Of a stretch of DNA of 64,000 bases, positions 8,333 through 18,133 are shown in pieces. Source of the DNA: a virus; IMG/VR virus record IMGVR_UViG_3300027985_000627, positions 23,319 to 87,318 of that record; one strand, written 5' to 3'. The translations under genes were made by a program, and so were the position numbers. The notes under the pieces are model-generated. The model was not told where the DNA came from, did no database searches, and worked only from the letters and a program-made list of their open reading frames with translations. Positions within the stretch are counted from its first letter, which is position 1; every line of letters begins with the position of its first letter.

Positions 8333-10932
8333 TGGCTCTCAGAAAGGGCTTTTTCAAAGAGAAGGCTTCTGGACCCGACTGTGTAAAATGTAAACTCGGT
8401 TCTAAATGCCGTAATCCTAAGCTACCTGTTTACGGTCTTGGCAAACAGAAAGCTTTGATTATCGGTTCTCAGCCGTCTATCATGGACGACAAGTTTGGTA
8501 AACTTGGCAACGGTGAAGCTACGGAGTTTCTGGAAGAAGAACTTGAAAAGTTTGGTTTGGATTTGTACGACGACTTTTGGAAAATCAACGCCGTAAACTG
8601 TGCTACTCCAAAAGGCCGCAAACCGACCAGAAAAGAAATAAACTGTTGTCGTCCATATATCGAAAACATCATTGAAGAACTTAAACCGAACGTCATCATC
8701 CTTCTAGGTGACCAAGCTATAGAATCGCAATTCAACGGACGTTTCAAAGACCTTTCTGTCACACGATGGAGAGGTCTTTGCGTTCCTGAAGTGAAAAATA
8801 ATGCTTGGGTTGTCCCTTTGATGCACCCTGCTCACGTTGTGAAGATGAAGTGGGACGCGCATTTGAAACGGACTTTCAGAACCGATTTGAAGTACGCTTT
8901 GTCCGTATTGAGAAAGAAAGAGAAACCTGAAGTTCTTCCTTATCAAGAACATGTTCACCTTCTCACAACGATGGGAGAAATACGCGGATTGTTCGATTAC
9001 CTGAAGAAAGAAAAACCTTTATCTGCGTATGACTGGGAAACTTCTGCCATAAAACCGTATGATTCCGATCAATTAATATGGTCTTGCGCCATCGCTACTG
9101 AAAGAGGATCCTACGCTTTCCCAATTCACTACCCGTCTGGTTCGTTTTATCCTAAAAAAGGTTCTGATTTTTATTGGGACAAACACCTTGAAGAAGTGGA
9201 AGACCTTGTGAGTTGGTACATCAATGATCCTGAGATGAAAAAGATTGCCCACGGATCAAAGTTTGAAACTACTTGGGGAACTACTGTTCTCGGTAAAGAA
9301 ACTCGTGGAATTGAATGTTGCACAATGACCAGGCAACATGTTCTTGATGCACGAAAGAAATTCTGCGGATTGAAGTTTCAGCTTTTCATTCGTTACGGCA
9401 TCGAAGGGTACGAGAAAGGAACAAAGAAGTATTACCCTGAAGGTCACGGCAACACCAAGAACGAGTTGTTTAAGATGCCGTTGAAAGAACTCCTTACGTA
9501 CAACGGCATTGACGCTTTCGGAACTCTGAAACTCTATCATGACCAAAATGACGAACTCAGAATAGGAACAAAAAGTCCTAAAGAAGACTTGATAAAGTGT
9601 AGCCAACTGTTTCAAGATGGTCTTGAGGCTCTTGGTGAAGCCCAGATGAACGGCATACGAATGGATTTGAAGTTGCTCCATTCTATGAAAGATGATCTTA
9701 CAAAGACCATCGACAATCTGGCTTTGCTTCTGAATGAATCCAGAGAAGCCGTAGAGTTCAAAAAGTTCACTGGTGAAGAATTGAATTTCAATTCTTCAAA
9801 GCACCTTGGAACTTTACTGTTCGATGTAATGAAGTTGGAGCCGACAAAGAAAACATCGTCAGGGTCTAACTCAGTCGATAAAGAAGCACTGACAGCTTTT
9901 GATAGCGAATTTACGCGCAATCTGCTCGAATACCGAAAGTTTTTGAAGATACGTGATACGTACATCGCTCAATTCGTCAACGAGATAGGCGAAGACGGAT
10001 TACTGCATCCTTTCTTTGATCTGCATACAGCCAGAACTGGTCGTTCCAGTAGTTCATCCCCTAACTTCCAGAACATCCCTATCAGAACGGATGAAGGCAA
10101 AGAACTCCGAAAGATTATCATTCCAAGAAAAGGACATAAGATTTCTGAGAATGATTATGGATCAATCGAAGTTCGCATTGCCGCTTGCTACACAAAAGAT
10201 CCTGTTCTCATTTCGTACATCAATGATCCAACTACAGACATGCACCGAGACCAAGCACAAGAACTGTTCTTGCTCAATTCTGAAGAAGTGAACAAGACGC
10301 TTCGGTTTTATGCAAAGAATGGTTGGGTGTTCCCTCAGTTTTACGGTTCATACTACAAAAACTGTGCTTCTGGACTGTGGGAAAACTGTCATAACTTACC
10401 GGTTGGTAAGAACAACGACGGCTTAATACTCACGGAACATTTACGGAAGAAGGGCATAAAGTGTTACGATGATTTTGTTGAACACTGCAAACATCATGAG
10501 AAAGCCTACTGGGACCGTTTCACTGTATTCAAAGAGTGGCAAGAGTCTGTCAAGCAGTTTTATTTGAAGTACGGTTACACCAAATCGTTCTTTGGATTCA
10601 GACGTTCTGGTTATCTTTCACAGAACGACGTAATAAACACACCGATTCAGGGAACAGCTTTCCATTGTCTTCTATGGTCGTTTGCTAGGATCAGCAAGAT
10701 TGCCAAGAAAGAAAAATGGAACTCTAAGCTGATCGGACAGATTCACGACTCCATCATCATTGACTTGGATCCTGCTGAAGAAACACATGTTCTGAAGACG
10801 GTTAACAAAGTCATGACCATCGACATTCGTGAAGACAACGACTGGATCATTGTTCCTCTTGAAGTGGAACCTGAACTTACTGGTGTTGATGAACCTTGGT
10901 ACTACAAGAAAGCAGTACCGTTACCTGCGTAG
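8332..10932 (+). CDS. polA: family A DNA polymerase with N-terminal family-4 UDG-like domain and 3'-5' exonuclease
   Basis: CxxCxL, NAVNC, KPTxxEIxxC, HPA (UDG); DWETS, YNGID (exo); TGRSSS, DYGSIEVR, QIHDS (pol). Confidence 0.93.
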   Translation: MALRKGFFKEKASGPDCVKCKLGSKCRNPKLPVYGLGKQKALIIGSQPSIMDDKFGKLGNGEATEFLEEELEKFGLDLYDDFWKINAVNCATPKGRKPTRKEINCCRPYIENIIEELKPNVIILLGDQAIESQFNGRFKDLSVTRWRGLCVPEVKNNAWVVPLMHPAHVVKMKWDAHLKRTFRTDLKYALSVLRKKEKPEVLPYQEHVHLLTTMGEIRGLFDYLKKEKPLSAYDWETSAIKPYDSDQLIWSCAIATERGSYAFPIHYPSGSFYPKKGSDFYWDKHLEEVEDLVSWYINDPEMKKIAHGSKFETTWGTTVLGKETRGIECCTMTRQHVLDARKKFCGLKFQLFIRYGIEGYEKGTKKYYPEGHGNTKNELFKMPLKELLTYNGIDAFGTLKLYHDQNDELRIGTKSPKEDLIKCSQLFQDGLEALGEAQMNGIRMDLKLLHSMKDDLTKTIDNLALLLNESREAVEFKKFTGEELNFNSSKHLGTLLFDVMKLEPTKKTSSGSNSVDKEALTAFDSEFTRNLLEYRKFLKIRDTYIAQFVNEIGEDGLLHPFFDLHTARTGRSSSSSPNFQNIPIRTDEGKELRKIIIPRKGHKISENDYGSIEVRIAACYTKDPVLISYINDPTTDMHRDQAQELFLLNSEEVNKTLRFYAKNGWVFPQFYGSYYKNCASGLWENCHNLPVGKNNDGLILTEHLRKKGIKCYDDFVEHCKHHEKAYWDRFTVFKEWQESVKQFYLKYGYTKSFFGFRRSGYLSQNDVINTPIQGTAFHCLLWSFARISKIAKKEKWNSKLIGQIHDSIIIDLDPAEETHVLKTVNKVMTIDIREDNDWIIVPLEVEPELTGVDEPWYYKKAVPLPA

Positions 10933-10940
10933 GAGTCCAC

Positions 10941-11867
10941 ATGCCACCTCTCCAGTTGAAGTACAGACCGAAAGATTTCAAAGAAGTTCTTGGCAATGAA
11001 TCTACGATCAAAAGTCTGGAATCACTTTTGCGTAGGAATAAGGACGACATTCCCAAAGCATTCCTTTTCACTGGTCCTTCTGGTTGCGGCAAAACTACTC
11101 TGGCCAGAATCGTTGCAAACAAACTTGGATGCGACGACATGGACTTCCACGAATACAACGTTGCCAGTGTTCGTGGAATAGACACTGTTCGGGAAGTAGC
11201 TGCGAATGCTCCGTTTGCTCCTATGAGCGGAGAAATCAAAGCTTACTTGTTCGATGAATGCCACGGCATGACCAAAGATGCCAAAGAAGCCATGCTAAAA
11301 CTCCTCGAAGACGGACCGAAGCATGTTTACTTTTTCTTGGCGACGACCGAACCGCAGCAACTCCTGAAGACTTTGAAAGGACGTTGCACTGCTTACGAAG
11401 TCCAATCTCCGACTACAAAATCTTTACTCGGACATTTGAAAAGCATCTGTGCTAAAGAAGGGATTGAAAACTACCCTTCCGAAATTCTCCAAGAGATCGT
11501 TAAAGTGTCGGACGGCAGTATCCGCGAAGCTGTAAAGGTTCTTGACGCTGTAATCGACATTGAAGACGACGAAGAAGCTTTGCAAGCGGTACAGAACGCG
11601 GTAGTGAGCGAGGTAGACACAAAAGAACTGTGTCAAGCACTCATTGCAACAAGTGGCAAGCGATGGGATACATGCAAGAAAATCCTGAAAGGTACGACCG
11701 ACGATCCTGAAAGATTGCGTAGAGCAATACTTGGTTACCTCAATGCTGTTTTGTTGAGCAACGGTACAGAGCGCCATGTTGAAATTATGGAACTGTTCAT
11801 GGAACCAACATTCAACACCGGAATGCCTGGATTGTGTGTGAATGTTTTTCTTGCTTGCAAGCTTTAG
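10941..11867 (+). CDS. clamp loader AAA+ subunit (DnaX gamma/tau-like)
   Basis: KYRPxxF, GPSGCGKTT, FDECH, LKLLE, LATTE, GRC, GSIR. Confidence 0.88.
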   Translation: MPPLQLKYRPKDFKEVLGNESTIKSLESLLRRNKDDIPKAFLFTGPSGCGKTTLARIVANKLGCDDMDFHEYNVASVRGIDTVREVAANAPFAPMSGEIKAYLFDECHGMTKDAKEAMLKLLEDGPKHVYFFLATTEPQQLLKTLKGRCTAYEVQSPTTKSLLGHLKSICAKEGIENYPSEILQEIVKVSDGSIREAVKVLDAVIDIEDDEEALQAVQNAVVSEVDTKELCQALIATSGKRWDTCKKILKGTTDDPERLRRAILGYLNAVLLSNGTERHVEIMELFMEPTFNTGMPGLCVNVFLACKL

Positions 11868-11899
11868 GAAAGCAACTTCTAACGTGATAAGAAGGGGAT

Positions 11900-12412
11900 A
11901 TGGACGACTTCAAAAAATTACTCACAGTTGACAAGGACAACCTTGATTTGGCTCTTGTCGAGCAAGCTTCCCTCATGTACGATTACGGACTGGAGTACGC
12001 GGAAGCTTTGCGTAAAAGGGACAAACTCAAGGACAGGTTGGATGTTGTCAAAGCTGAATTGGATTCGGAGATTCGTTCCAATCCTGAAGGATTTGGCTTC
12101 GACAAGAAACCGACTGAATCAGCAATAGCCAACGCAATTCTGCTTGAGAAAGAGTACCGTGCTGCTTCCGAACGTTACTTGGAAGCCTGTTACGAAGTGA
12201 ATGTAATCCTGGCTGCCAAGAATGCTTTGGAACATAAGAAGTCTGCGGTTGAAAACCTCATCAAGCTCTATTGCTCCAATTACTGGGCTGAAGGAACCTC
12301 TTTGCCTGCTGAAGACAGACAGCAAATAAAGAAGGAAGCTTCTGATATACGGTCTGAACAAGCAAGAAAAGGAATGAAATCTCCCAGACTGAAGAGGAAC
12401 AAGGATGATTAA
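11900..12412 (+). CDS. UvsY-like recombination mediator (helical)
   Basis: VDKDNLD...Q..L...Y...YA and KPTESAI pattern; lies just upstream of SSB and RecA. Confidence 0.55.
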   Translation: MDDFKKLLTVDKDNLDLALVEQASLMYDYGLEYAEALRKRDKLKDRLDVVKAELDSEIRSNPEGFGFDKKPTESAIANAILLEKEYRAASERYLEACYEVNVILAAKNALEHKKSAVENLIKLYCSNYWAEGTSLPAEDRQQIKKEASDIRSEQARKGMKSPRLKRNKDD

Positions 12413-12545
12413 CCCGTGGCTGTATCTGGTTGGCTCTTTTGGAGCAATCGTCCTTGTGTATCTTATAACGAGGCTTGTCTCCAAAGCGTGGTATCGTTCC
12501 ATGTTTGAGGAGCATATTCGTTTTCACAACTTGAACCGTAAGTGA
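12405..12545 (+). CDS. 46-aa single-TM protein
   Basis: MINPWLYLVGSFGAIVLVYLITRL...; fills the gap between neighbouring genes. Confidence 0.45.
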   Translation: MINPWLYLVGSFGAIVLVYLITRLVSKAWYRSMFEEHIRFHNLNRK

Positions 12546-12552
12546 GGCTAGA

Positions 12553-13839
12553 ATGGCAAGAGACAGAAAAGCGATGAAAGCGGCTCTTTTGAAACGGACC
12601 GCTGAGTCTGACAGAACCAAGAACGATTCTGGAAAGTTCGGGAACATCTTCATTGATGATCTGGACGTTGATTTCTGGAAGTGCAAAGAGGGTGAACACC
12701 TCATTGACATCATTCCTTACGAAGTCGGTAAGAACCATCCGACGGTTGCTGAGGGAGAATCCGATTACAAGCTTGACATTTGGGTCCACTACAAGGTTGG
12801 TCCGAATGAAGATGCTGTTATCTGCATGGCCAGGACCAAGAATGGCCGTTGTCCGATCTGCGAACACCAGAACAAGATGCGGAAGGACGAATCGTACACC
12901 GATGACGACATCAAGAAACTCAATCCGAAACGTCGGTGTATCTACAACATCCTGTGCTACGATTCCACCAAAGAAGAGCAAGCTGGTGTCATGCTTTGGG
13001 ATGCTTCGCATTTCTCGGTTGAGTCGAACATTCTTGCCATCGCTCGCCGTCCTCGTGGTGGTGGACTGATTTCCTTCAGTGATCCTGACGAAGGGAAATC
13101 TATTTTGTTTACTAGGGAAGGATCGGGCGCGTTGAACACCAAGTACGTTGGTTTTCGTCTCGAAGAACGCGAGGTCGAAGTGTCTGACGCCGCTCTTGAC
13201 GAAGCATTGACTTTGGATGAGGTCGTTATTTGGCCTGATTACGATGAAGTCAAGGAGAAGTTCTTGGCTGGTCTTTCCGAAGACGATGCGGATGAAAAGC
13301 CTGGTCGTCGCAAGAAAGACGATGACGAGGATGAGAAGCCTCGTCGTAGACGTACGGAAGAAGACGAGGATGAAGACGCTTCTCCTAGCCGTCGTCGCCG
13401 CCTCAAAAAGGACGATGCTGAGGAAGACGAGGAAGAAGAAAAGCCTCGTCGTCGTCGCAAAGCTGAACCTGAAGAGGAAGAAGAGGAAGAGAAACCTCGC
13501 AGGGGTCGGCGTAAGGCGGAACCGGAAGAGGAACCTGAAGAAGACGAGGAAGAAGAAAAGCCTCGTAGGCGCAGAAAGCCTGAACCGGAACCTGAAGAAG
13601 AGCCGGAAGAGGAAGAAGAGGAAAAGCCTCGTCGCAGGAAGCTCCGCAAGCCTGAAAAGGACGACGAAGAGGATGAAAAACCGAAGAAAAAGTCTTCGGG
13701 TGAATGTCCTCACGGCGGTGAATTCGGAACCGACCTCGATGAGCTTGACCAGTGCAATAAGTGCAAAGTCTACGATGACTGCGCCGCTGCCAAAGAAGCT
13801 GCCGAGGAAGAGAAGCCCAAACGTCGCCGTCGCGGGTAA
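12553..13839 (+). CDS. gp32-like single-stranded DNA-binding protein with long charged tail and C-terminal Cys4 motif
   Basis: WVHY...C...CPICE, SDPDEG, TKY core; E/R block repeats; CPHG..FG.D....C..C.....C. Confidence 0.75.
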   Translation: MARDRKAMKAALLKRTAESDRTKNDSGKFGNIFIDDLDVDFWKCKEGEHLIDIIPYEVGKNHPTVAEGESDYKLDIWVHYKVGPNEDAVICMARTKNGRCPICEHQNKMRKDESYTDDDIKKLNPKRRCIYNILCYDSTKEEQAGVMLWDASHFSVESNILAIARRPRGGGLISFSDPDEGKSILFTREGSGALNTKYVGFRLEEREVEVSDAALDEALTLDEVVIWPDYDEVKEKFLAGLSEDDADEKPGRRKKDDDEDEKPRRRRTEEDEDEDASPSRRRRLKKDDAEEDEEEEKPRRRRKAEPEEEEEEEKPRRGRRKAEPEEEPEEDEEEEKPRRRRKPEPEPEEEPEEEEEEKPRRRKLRKPEKDDEEDEKPKKKSSGECPHGGEFGTDLDELDQCNKCKVYDDCAAAKEAAEEEKPKRRRRG

Positions 13840-13851
13840 TTAAACCCCAAC

Positions 13852-13882
13852 AGGGGAGGGGAGAAATCTCCTCCCCTTTTTT
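13852..13882 (+). terminator. intrinsic terminator
   Basis: AGGGGAGGGGA-gaaa-TCTCCTCCCCT followed by a T-tract. Confidence 0.78.
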
Positions 13883-13891
13883 GGAGTATGT

Positions 13892-15034
13892 ATGACTCTA
13901 CTCAAAAAGAAAACGAAAGTGTCGGAAGTGAAAGAAGCCATCGAAGACGACGGCGAACCGCTTAACGAAAAAGAAGTTTTCGACCCGACCAGGACTTTAA
14001 GTTCTGGTTCCACTTTGCTTGACCTCGCTATGACCGAATCTGAAGGTGGATTTGTTCAAGGCAAGGTTGTCAATCTGATCGGTGATTCCCACGCTGGCAA
14101 ATCTCTTCTCGCTTTGACCATGCTTGCTGAAGCCGCCCACGATCCGAAATACGACGAATACGATCTGATTTATGATGACGTTGAGGCTGCTTCTGAAATG
14201 AATCTTGCTGTAATGTTCGGCAAGAAAACCGCCAAACGCATAATGCCTCCCTTCACATACAAAGACGGAACCAACGGCCAATCCGATGCTATTCAGGACT
14301 TTTACGCCAATCTCAAAAATGCAATCAAACGTGGCAACCCGTTTGTCTACGTTCTTGATAGTTTCGATGCTTTGACTTCTCTTGAAGAACAGGAAAGAGC
14401 GGACAAAGAAGCTGAAGCCTTTGAAGCTGGAACGAAAGTCAAAGGTTCTTACAAGATGGAGAAGCCGAAGATTGTCAGTGAAATTCTCCGTGTTGTGAAA
14501 AAAGACCTGCAAGACCTCAATTCTATTCTTATCGTAATTTCTCAGACGAGGGACGATATCAACCCGATGACCTTCACGAAGAAGACCAGAAGTGGTGGTC
14601 GTGCTTTGAAGTTCTACAGCACCCATGAAATTTGGTTGGCTGTCGGCAAAAAAATCAAAAAGAAAGAGCGTACCATCGGTGCCGAAGTCATTGCCAAGAT
14701 TACAAAGAACAAAATAACTGGAAAATCTCGGGAAGTCATGTTTCCGATATACACCAGCTACGGTGTTGATGACATAGGTTCTTGCATTCAGTTTTTGATT
14801 GAAGAAGGTGTTATTACCGGTGGCAAAAAGAAAAAAGACAAAGATTCGGATGACAAGGGTAAAGGAAAGACTTTGAAATTTCCTGAACTTGATTTTGAAG
14901 GAACGCAAGCCAAGTTGATTCAAATGATTGAGGATGATCCGAAACTACTCAAAAAGCTCCGCAAGATAACCAAAGAAACGTGGATGGACATTGAAGATTC
15001 TATCAAAGTTGATAGGAAGCCGAAGTATGAATAG
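13892..15034 (+). CDS. recA: RecA/UvsX-like recombinase
   Basis: SSGSxxLD, GDSHAGKS Walker A, VLDS Walker B, ISQxR, SGGRALKFY, KNK. Confidence 0.9.
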   Translation: MTLLKKKTKVSEVKEAIEDDGEPLNEKEVFDPTRTLSSGSTLLDLAMTESEGGFVQGKVVNLIGDSHAGKSLLALTMLAEAAHDPKYDEYDLIYDDVEAASEMNLAVMFGKKTAKRIMPPFTYKDGTNGQSDAIQDFYANLKNAIKRGNPFVYVLDSFDALTSLEEQERADKEAEAFEAGTKVKGSYKMEKPKIVSEILRVVKKDLQDLNSILIVISQTRDDINPMTFTKKTRSGGRALKFYSTHEIWLAVGKKIKKKERTIGAEVIAKITKNKITGKSREVMFPIYTSYGVDDIGSCIQFLIEEGVITGGKKKKDKDSDDKGKGKTLKFPELDFEGTQAKLIQMIEDDPKLLKKLRKITKETWMDIEDSIKVDRKPKYE

Positions 15035-15908
15035 GCAGCCGAGGCTCGTAATAGACTCCAGCTGCCTTTGCTATCGTGCAAAGCTGTCTTTGGCTGATAT
15101 GTCGTATGAGGATCAGGAAACCGGAGTTATATTCGGTTTCCTGATCCAATTACGTTCTCTGGCTAACATGTTCAAAACCAACGACTTTGTGTTCGCTTGG
15201 GACTCCAGAAAGTCTATCCGCAGAGATATGTACCATTGGTACAAAAGCAAACGCAGAGACAAAACTCCCGAAGAAAAAGAGATTGACGAAATTGCTTTGC
15301 CTCAATTCGGACTTCTCAGAACACAGGTTCTTCCTGGTATCGGATTCAACAATAACTTCATACAAACAGGATTGGAAGCCGACGATATCATTGCCGCAGT
15401 TGTCATGTCTGGACAGTCAGACGGTGGAAATGTGGTTGTGTCCACTGACAATGATCTTTTGCAGCTTCTGGATTTCTGCGATATTTTCAATCCTCAGACC
15501 AAGAAAACAATTACATCGGAAGACTTCACAGATAAATGGGGAATCGAACCAATGCAATGGTCGTTGGTTAAGGCTATGGCCGGTTGCACTTCTGATTCTG
15601 TGCCTGGTATTTCCGGTATAGGTGAGAAGTCAGCAGTTGCTTTTCTACGCGACGAATTGAAGAAAACGAGTAAGAAGTACGAAAGTATTGTTTCAGAAGA
15701 CGGCAGGGCTATTACCGAGAGAAATGAAGCTATCGTAACGCTGCCCTTCGCTGACACAGAAACCCCTGAGGTTATCGAAAACGATTTTGACCTCGATTAC
15801 TTCTCCATGATCTGTGGTAAATACGGTTTCGGTTCTTTCTTGAAGCAAGATGCTTATCTTGGGTGGTGCAAGATATTCGAAGGAGACTTTGATGGCCGCA
15901 AAAGGTAA
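15027..15908 (+). CDS. 5'-3' exonuclease / flap endonuclease
   Basis: LVID, AWDS, YKxxR, EADDII, STDNDLLQL, GCTSDSVPGISGIGEK (H3TH). Confidence 0.9.
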   Translation: MNRQPRLVIDSSCLCYRAKLSLADMSYEDQETGVIFGFLIQLRSLANMFKTNDFVFAWDSRKSIRRDMYHWYKSKRRDKTPEEKEIDEIALPQFGLLRTQVLPGIGFNNNFIQTGLEADDIIAAVVMSGQSDGGNVVVSTDNDLLQLLDFCDIFNPQTKKTITSEDFTDKWGIEPMQWSLVKAMAGCTSDSVPGISGIGEKSAVAFLRDELKKTSKKYESIVSEDGRAITERNEAIVTLPFADTETPEVIENDFDLDYFSMICGKYGFGSFLKQDAYLGWCKIFEGDFDGRKR

Positions 15909-16527
15909 AGGAAGCTCTTATGAAAGAGAAATATGCCGACTTCTTTCATTGTGGTGGACTGAAGGTGTATCCGACGATTACTTTTGGCGAACTGCTGGTT
16001 CAGGCGCTATGGCTAAGACACGCTCTAAAGTCGGAAAAAAAACACACGGTCACTACGGTGATATCCAAGCCGTTCATCCCGATGGAGAACCTTTGATTCG
16101 GGTATGTCTTTTCGAACTGAAACGTGGCTACAAGAACTGGTCGCCTTTGGACGTTATCGACAAAGGAAAACGTTCTGCTACACAAACTCTGGAAAAGTTT
16201 TTCGCTCAGATGGACGAAGACAAAGCGAATGGAGATATCCCTTACTCAGCTTTGGTATTTCGCAGAGACAAACGACAATCGTGTATTGGAATTGAAACCC
16301 AACTGTACCGAAACATAGACACGTACCAAATGGGTAATGGTCCGATTCCACAACTTCGTTTAATAACCGAAACACACGATTTCATTTTTCTTAATCTGGA
16401 AGATTTTCTTGGCTGGGCTAATCCTAAATACTTCGTGGAGAAATATAATGACCTTACAACTTGTTCTCAACGCACTGGAAAGAATAGCCGAAAACCCGTC
16501 CTTAAAAGAAAAGGAAAAGAGGATTAA
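15892..16527 (+). CDS. Holliday junction resolvase (Hjc-like PD-(D/E)xK)
   Basis: KGSSYERE, RTxGSG, GDI, ELK motifs. Confidence 0.78.
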   Translation: MAAKGKGSSYEREICRLLSLWWTEGVSDDYFWRTAGSGAMAKTRSKVGKKTHGHYGDIQAVHPDGEPLIRVCLFELKRGYKNWSPLDVIDKGKRSATQTLEKFFAQMDEDKANGDIPYSALVFRRDKRQSCIGIETQLYRNIDTYQMGNGPIPQLRLITETHDFIFLNLEDFLGWANPKYFVEKYNDLTTCSQRTGKNSRKPVLKRKGKED

Positions 16528-17662
16528 AGAAGCACTCAAGATTGAGTGGTTCGTTCCGGTTGTCGAATACGCTTTGAATCCGTTTTTGAAGTTCAACATT
16601 TCATCCATCGAAGCTATACAAGATTTGCGATCAACCAGACCGGTCTATCCAATATTTGATTACCTGGACATGTTGAACGGTCTGCGTGGAGCAACAAACG
16701 AGCATCGGACTATTCTTACGAGAAAAGCCAGCATTGATTCAGATACAATTGAAGTTGTGAACAGAATTTTAGCCAAAGACCTTCGATGCGGAGCGGCTAT
16801 AAAGTTGTTCAAGAAATACATACCCGATCTGCCTATTCATGAAGTTGGTTTGTGTATTGATGACATTGACAAATACTGGAAATACACAAAAGGGCAAACT
16901 CGAATTTGGCAAATCAAACTGGACGGTGTTCGTAACTGGGCTGTCGTGGAAGAGCAAACTGTTCGGTACGTTTCCAGAAACGGAAAAGAGTTTCCCAACT
17001 TCTCAGTGTTCGACAAGGAGCTTGTAGAGTTAGCTGAAATTCTGGTACGTGACCACGGGTACAGCTACCCGATCATTTTCGATGGTGAAGTCATTTCTGT
17101 GGAGAAGGATTTTCAAAAGCAGATGACACAGGTCAGGAGAATAAAGCAAGCTGATCCCAGTTGTTTCCGATTTGTGATCTTTGACCTCGTAAAATCTGGT
17201 ATGTATGGTGATCGTTTTGGGGACGTCATTCTTGCTGAAACAGATTTGCAGCCTCGTTTAATATCGACTATTTCCTCTGTAGAATTTACAAAACGTGAAG
17301 AGATAGACGACGCTCTTGAAAAAGTTACGAAAGACGGTGAAGAAGGATTAATCCTAAAAACGTGGGAACACTCTTATGAGTATAAGCGGACTCCTTTCTG
17401 GTGCAAAGTGAAAAAGTTTTACACTGAAGATTTGCCTGTTCTAGCCTGGGAATACGGCACTGGCAAAAATTCGGATAAACTTGGCTACATGATTTGTGAT
17501 TTCAACGGTGTTGAAGTTCATGTTGGATCAGGATTTTCTGACCAAGAACGTCGTGATTTCATGACCGACACTCCAAAGATGATCGAAGTGAAGTACCAGG
17601 AGATAACTAAGGACGGTTCTATGCGATTCCCAACCTTTGTCCGTGTGAGGGATGACAAATGA
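16448..17662 (+). CDS. ATP-dependent DNA ligase
   Basis: KLDGVR, SRNGK, FDGE, FD, EGLILK, KVK, VGSGFSD, RFP. Confidence 0.93.
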   Translation: MTLQLVLNALERIAENPSLKEKEKRIKEALKIEWFVPVVEYALNPFLKFNISSIEAIQDLRSTRPVYPIFDYLDMLNGLRGATNEHRTILTRKASIDSDTIEVVNRILAKDLRCGAAIKLFKKYIPDLPIHEVGLCIDDIDKYWKYTKGQTRIWQIKLDGVRNWAVVEEQTVRYVSRNGKEFPNFSVFDKELVELAEILVRDHGYSYPIIFDGEVISVEKDFQKQMTQVRRIKQADPSCFRFVIFDLVKSGMYGDRFGDVILAETDLQPRLISTISSVEFTKREEIDDALEKVTKDGEEGLILKTWEHSYEYKRTPFWCKVKKFYTEDLPVLAWEYGTGKNSDKLGYMICDFNGVEVHVGSGFSDQERRDFMTDTPKMIEVKYQEITKDGSMRFPTFVRVRDDK

Positions 17663-17856
17663 ATTGGAAAGAAATTATTTTTGCTACAATTAGTTCAACC
17701 GTTGCTTTTTCTATTTTGGCCTTCATTATTCTATTTGGTTTAGGTTGGATTTTTGGTAAATGTATAAAACCTTATTTCTCGTTATCTGATACTATGGACC
17801 TGTTTTTAAATGTTTTAATCATTTTGATTATAGGTTTTATAAACGGTGTAAGGTAA
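17659..17856 (+). CDS. small 2-TM membrane protein
   Basis: Two hydrophobic segments; ATGA overlap with the ligase. Confidence 0.55.
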   Translation: MNWKEIIFATISSTVAFSILAFIILFGLGWIFGKCIKPYFSLSDTMDLFLNVLIILIIGFINGVR

Positions 17857-17866
17857 GGAGATACAA

Positions 17867-18091
17867 ATGAACGTAGTCGAAGCAAAACTGCACGTTGAAA
17901 ACCTGGCTAAGGAATTCACAAAAGCCATTCGGCAATTCGAAGTTGGTTCGGGACTTGAAATTGGCGACTTAGTTATTAGTCGGAAAGAGAAAGACAAACC
18001 CTTAGTATCCATAGTATGTTTCGTCCCGTACGATTACGAGGGCATTGACAAACCTAAGTCAAGAGAATTGGGACAAGCTGTTTCTAAATAA
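17867..18091 (+). CDS. hypothetical protein
   Basis: AAGGAG RBS; ORF. Confidence 0.6.
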   Translation: MNVVEAKLHVENLAKEFTKAIRQFEVGSGLEIGDLVISRKEKDKPLVSIVCFVPYDYEGIDKPKSRELGQAVSK

Positions 18092-18095
18092 ACTT

Positions 18096-18124
18096 TTGGA
18101 TAGCAAAAATAACTGTGTTATCGT
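18096..18124 (+). promoter_or_regulatory. candidate sigma70-like promoter
   Basis: TTGGAT-N17-TATCGT with TG extension in an intergenic gap. Confidence 0.35.
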
Positions 18125-18133
18125 GGGGTTACT

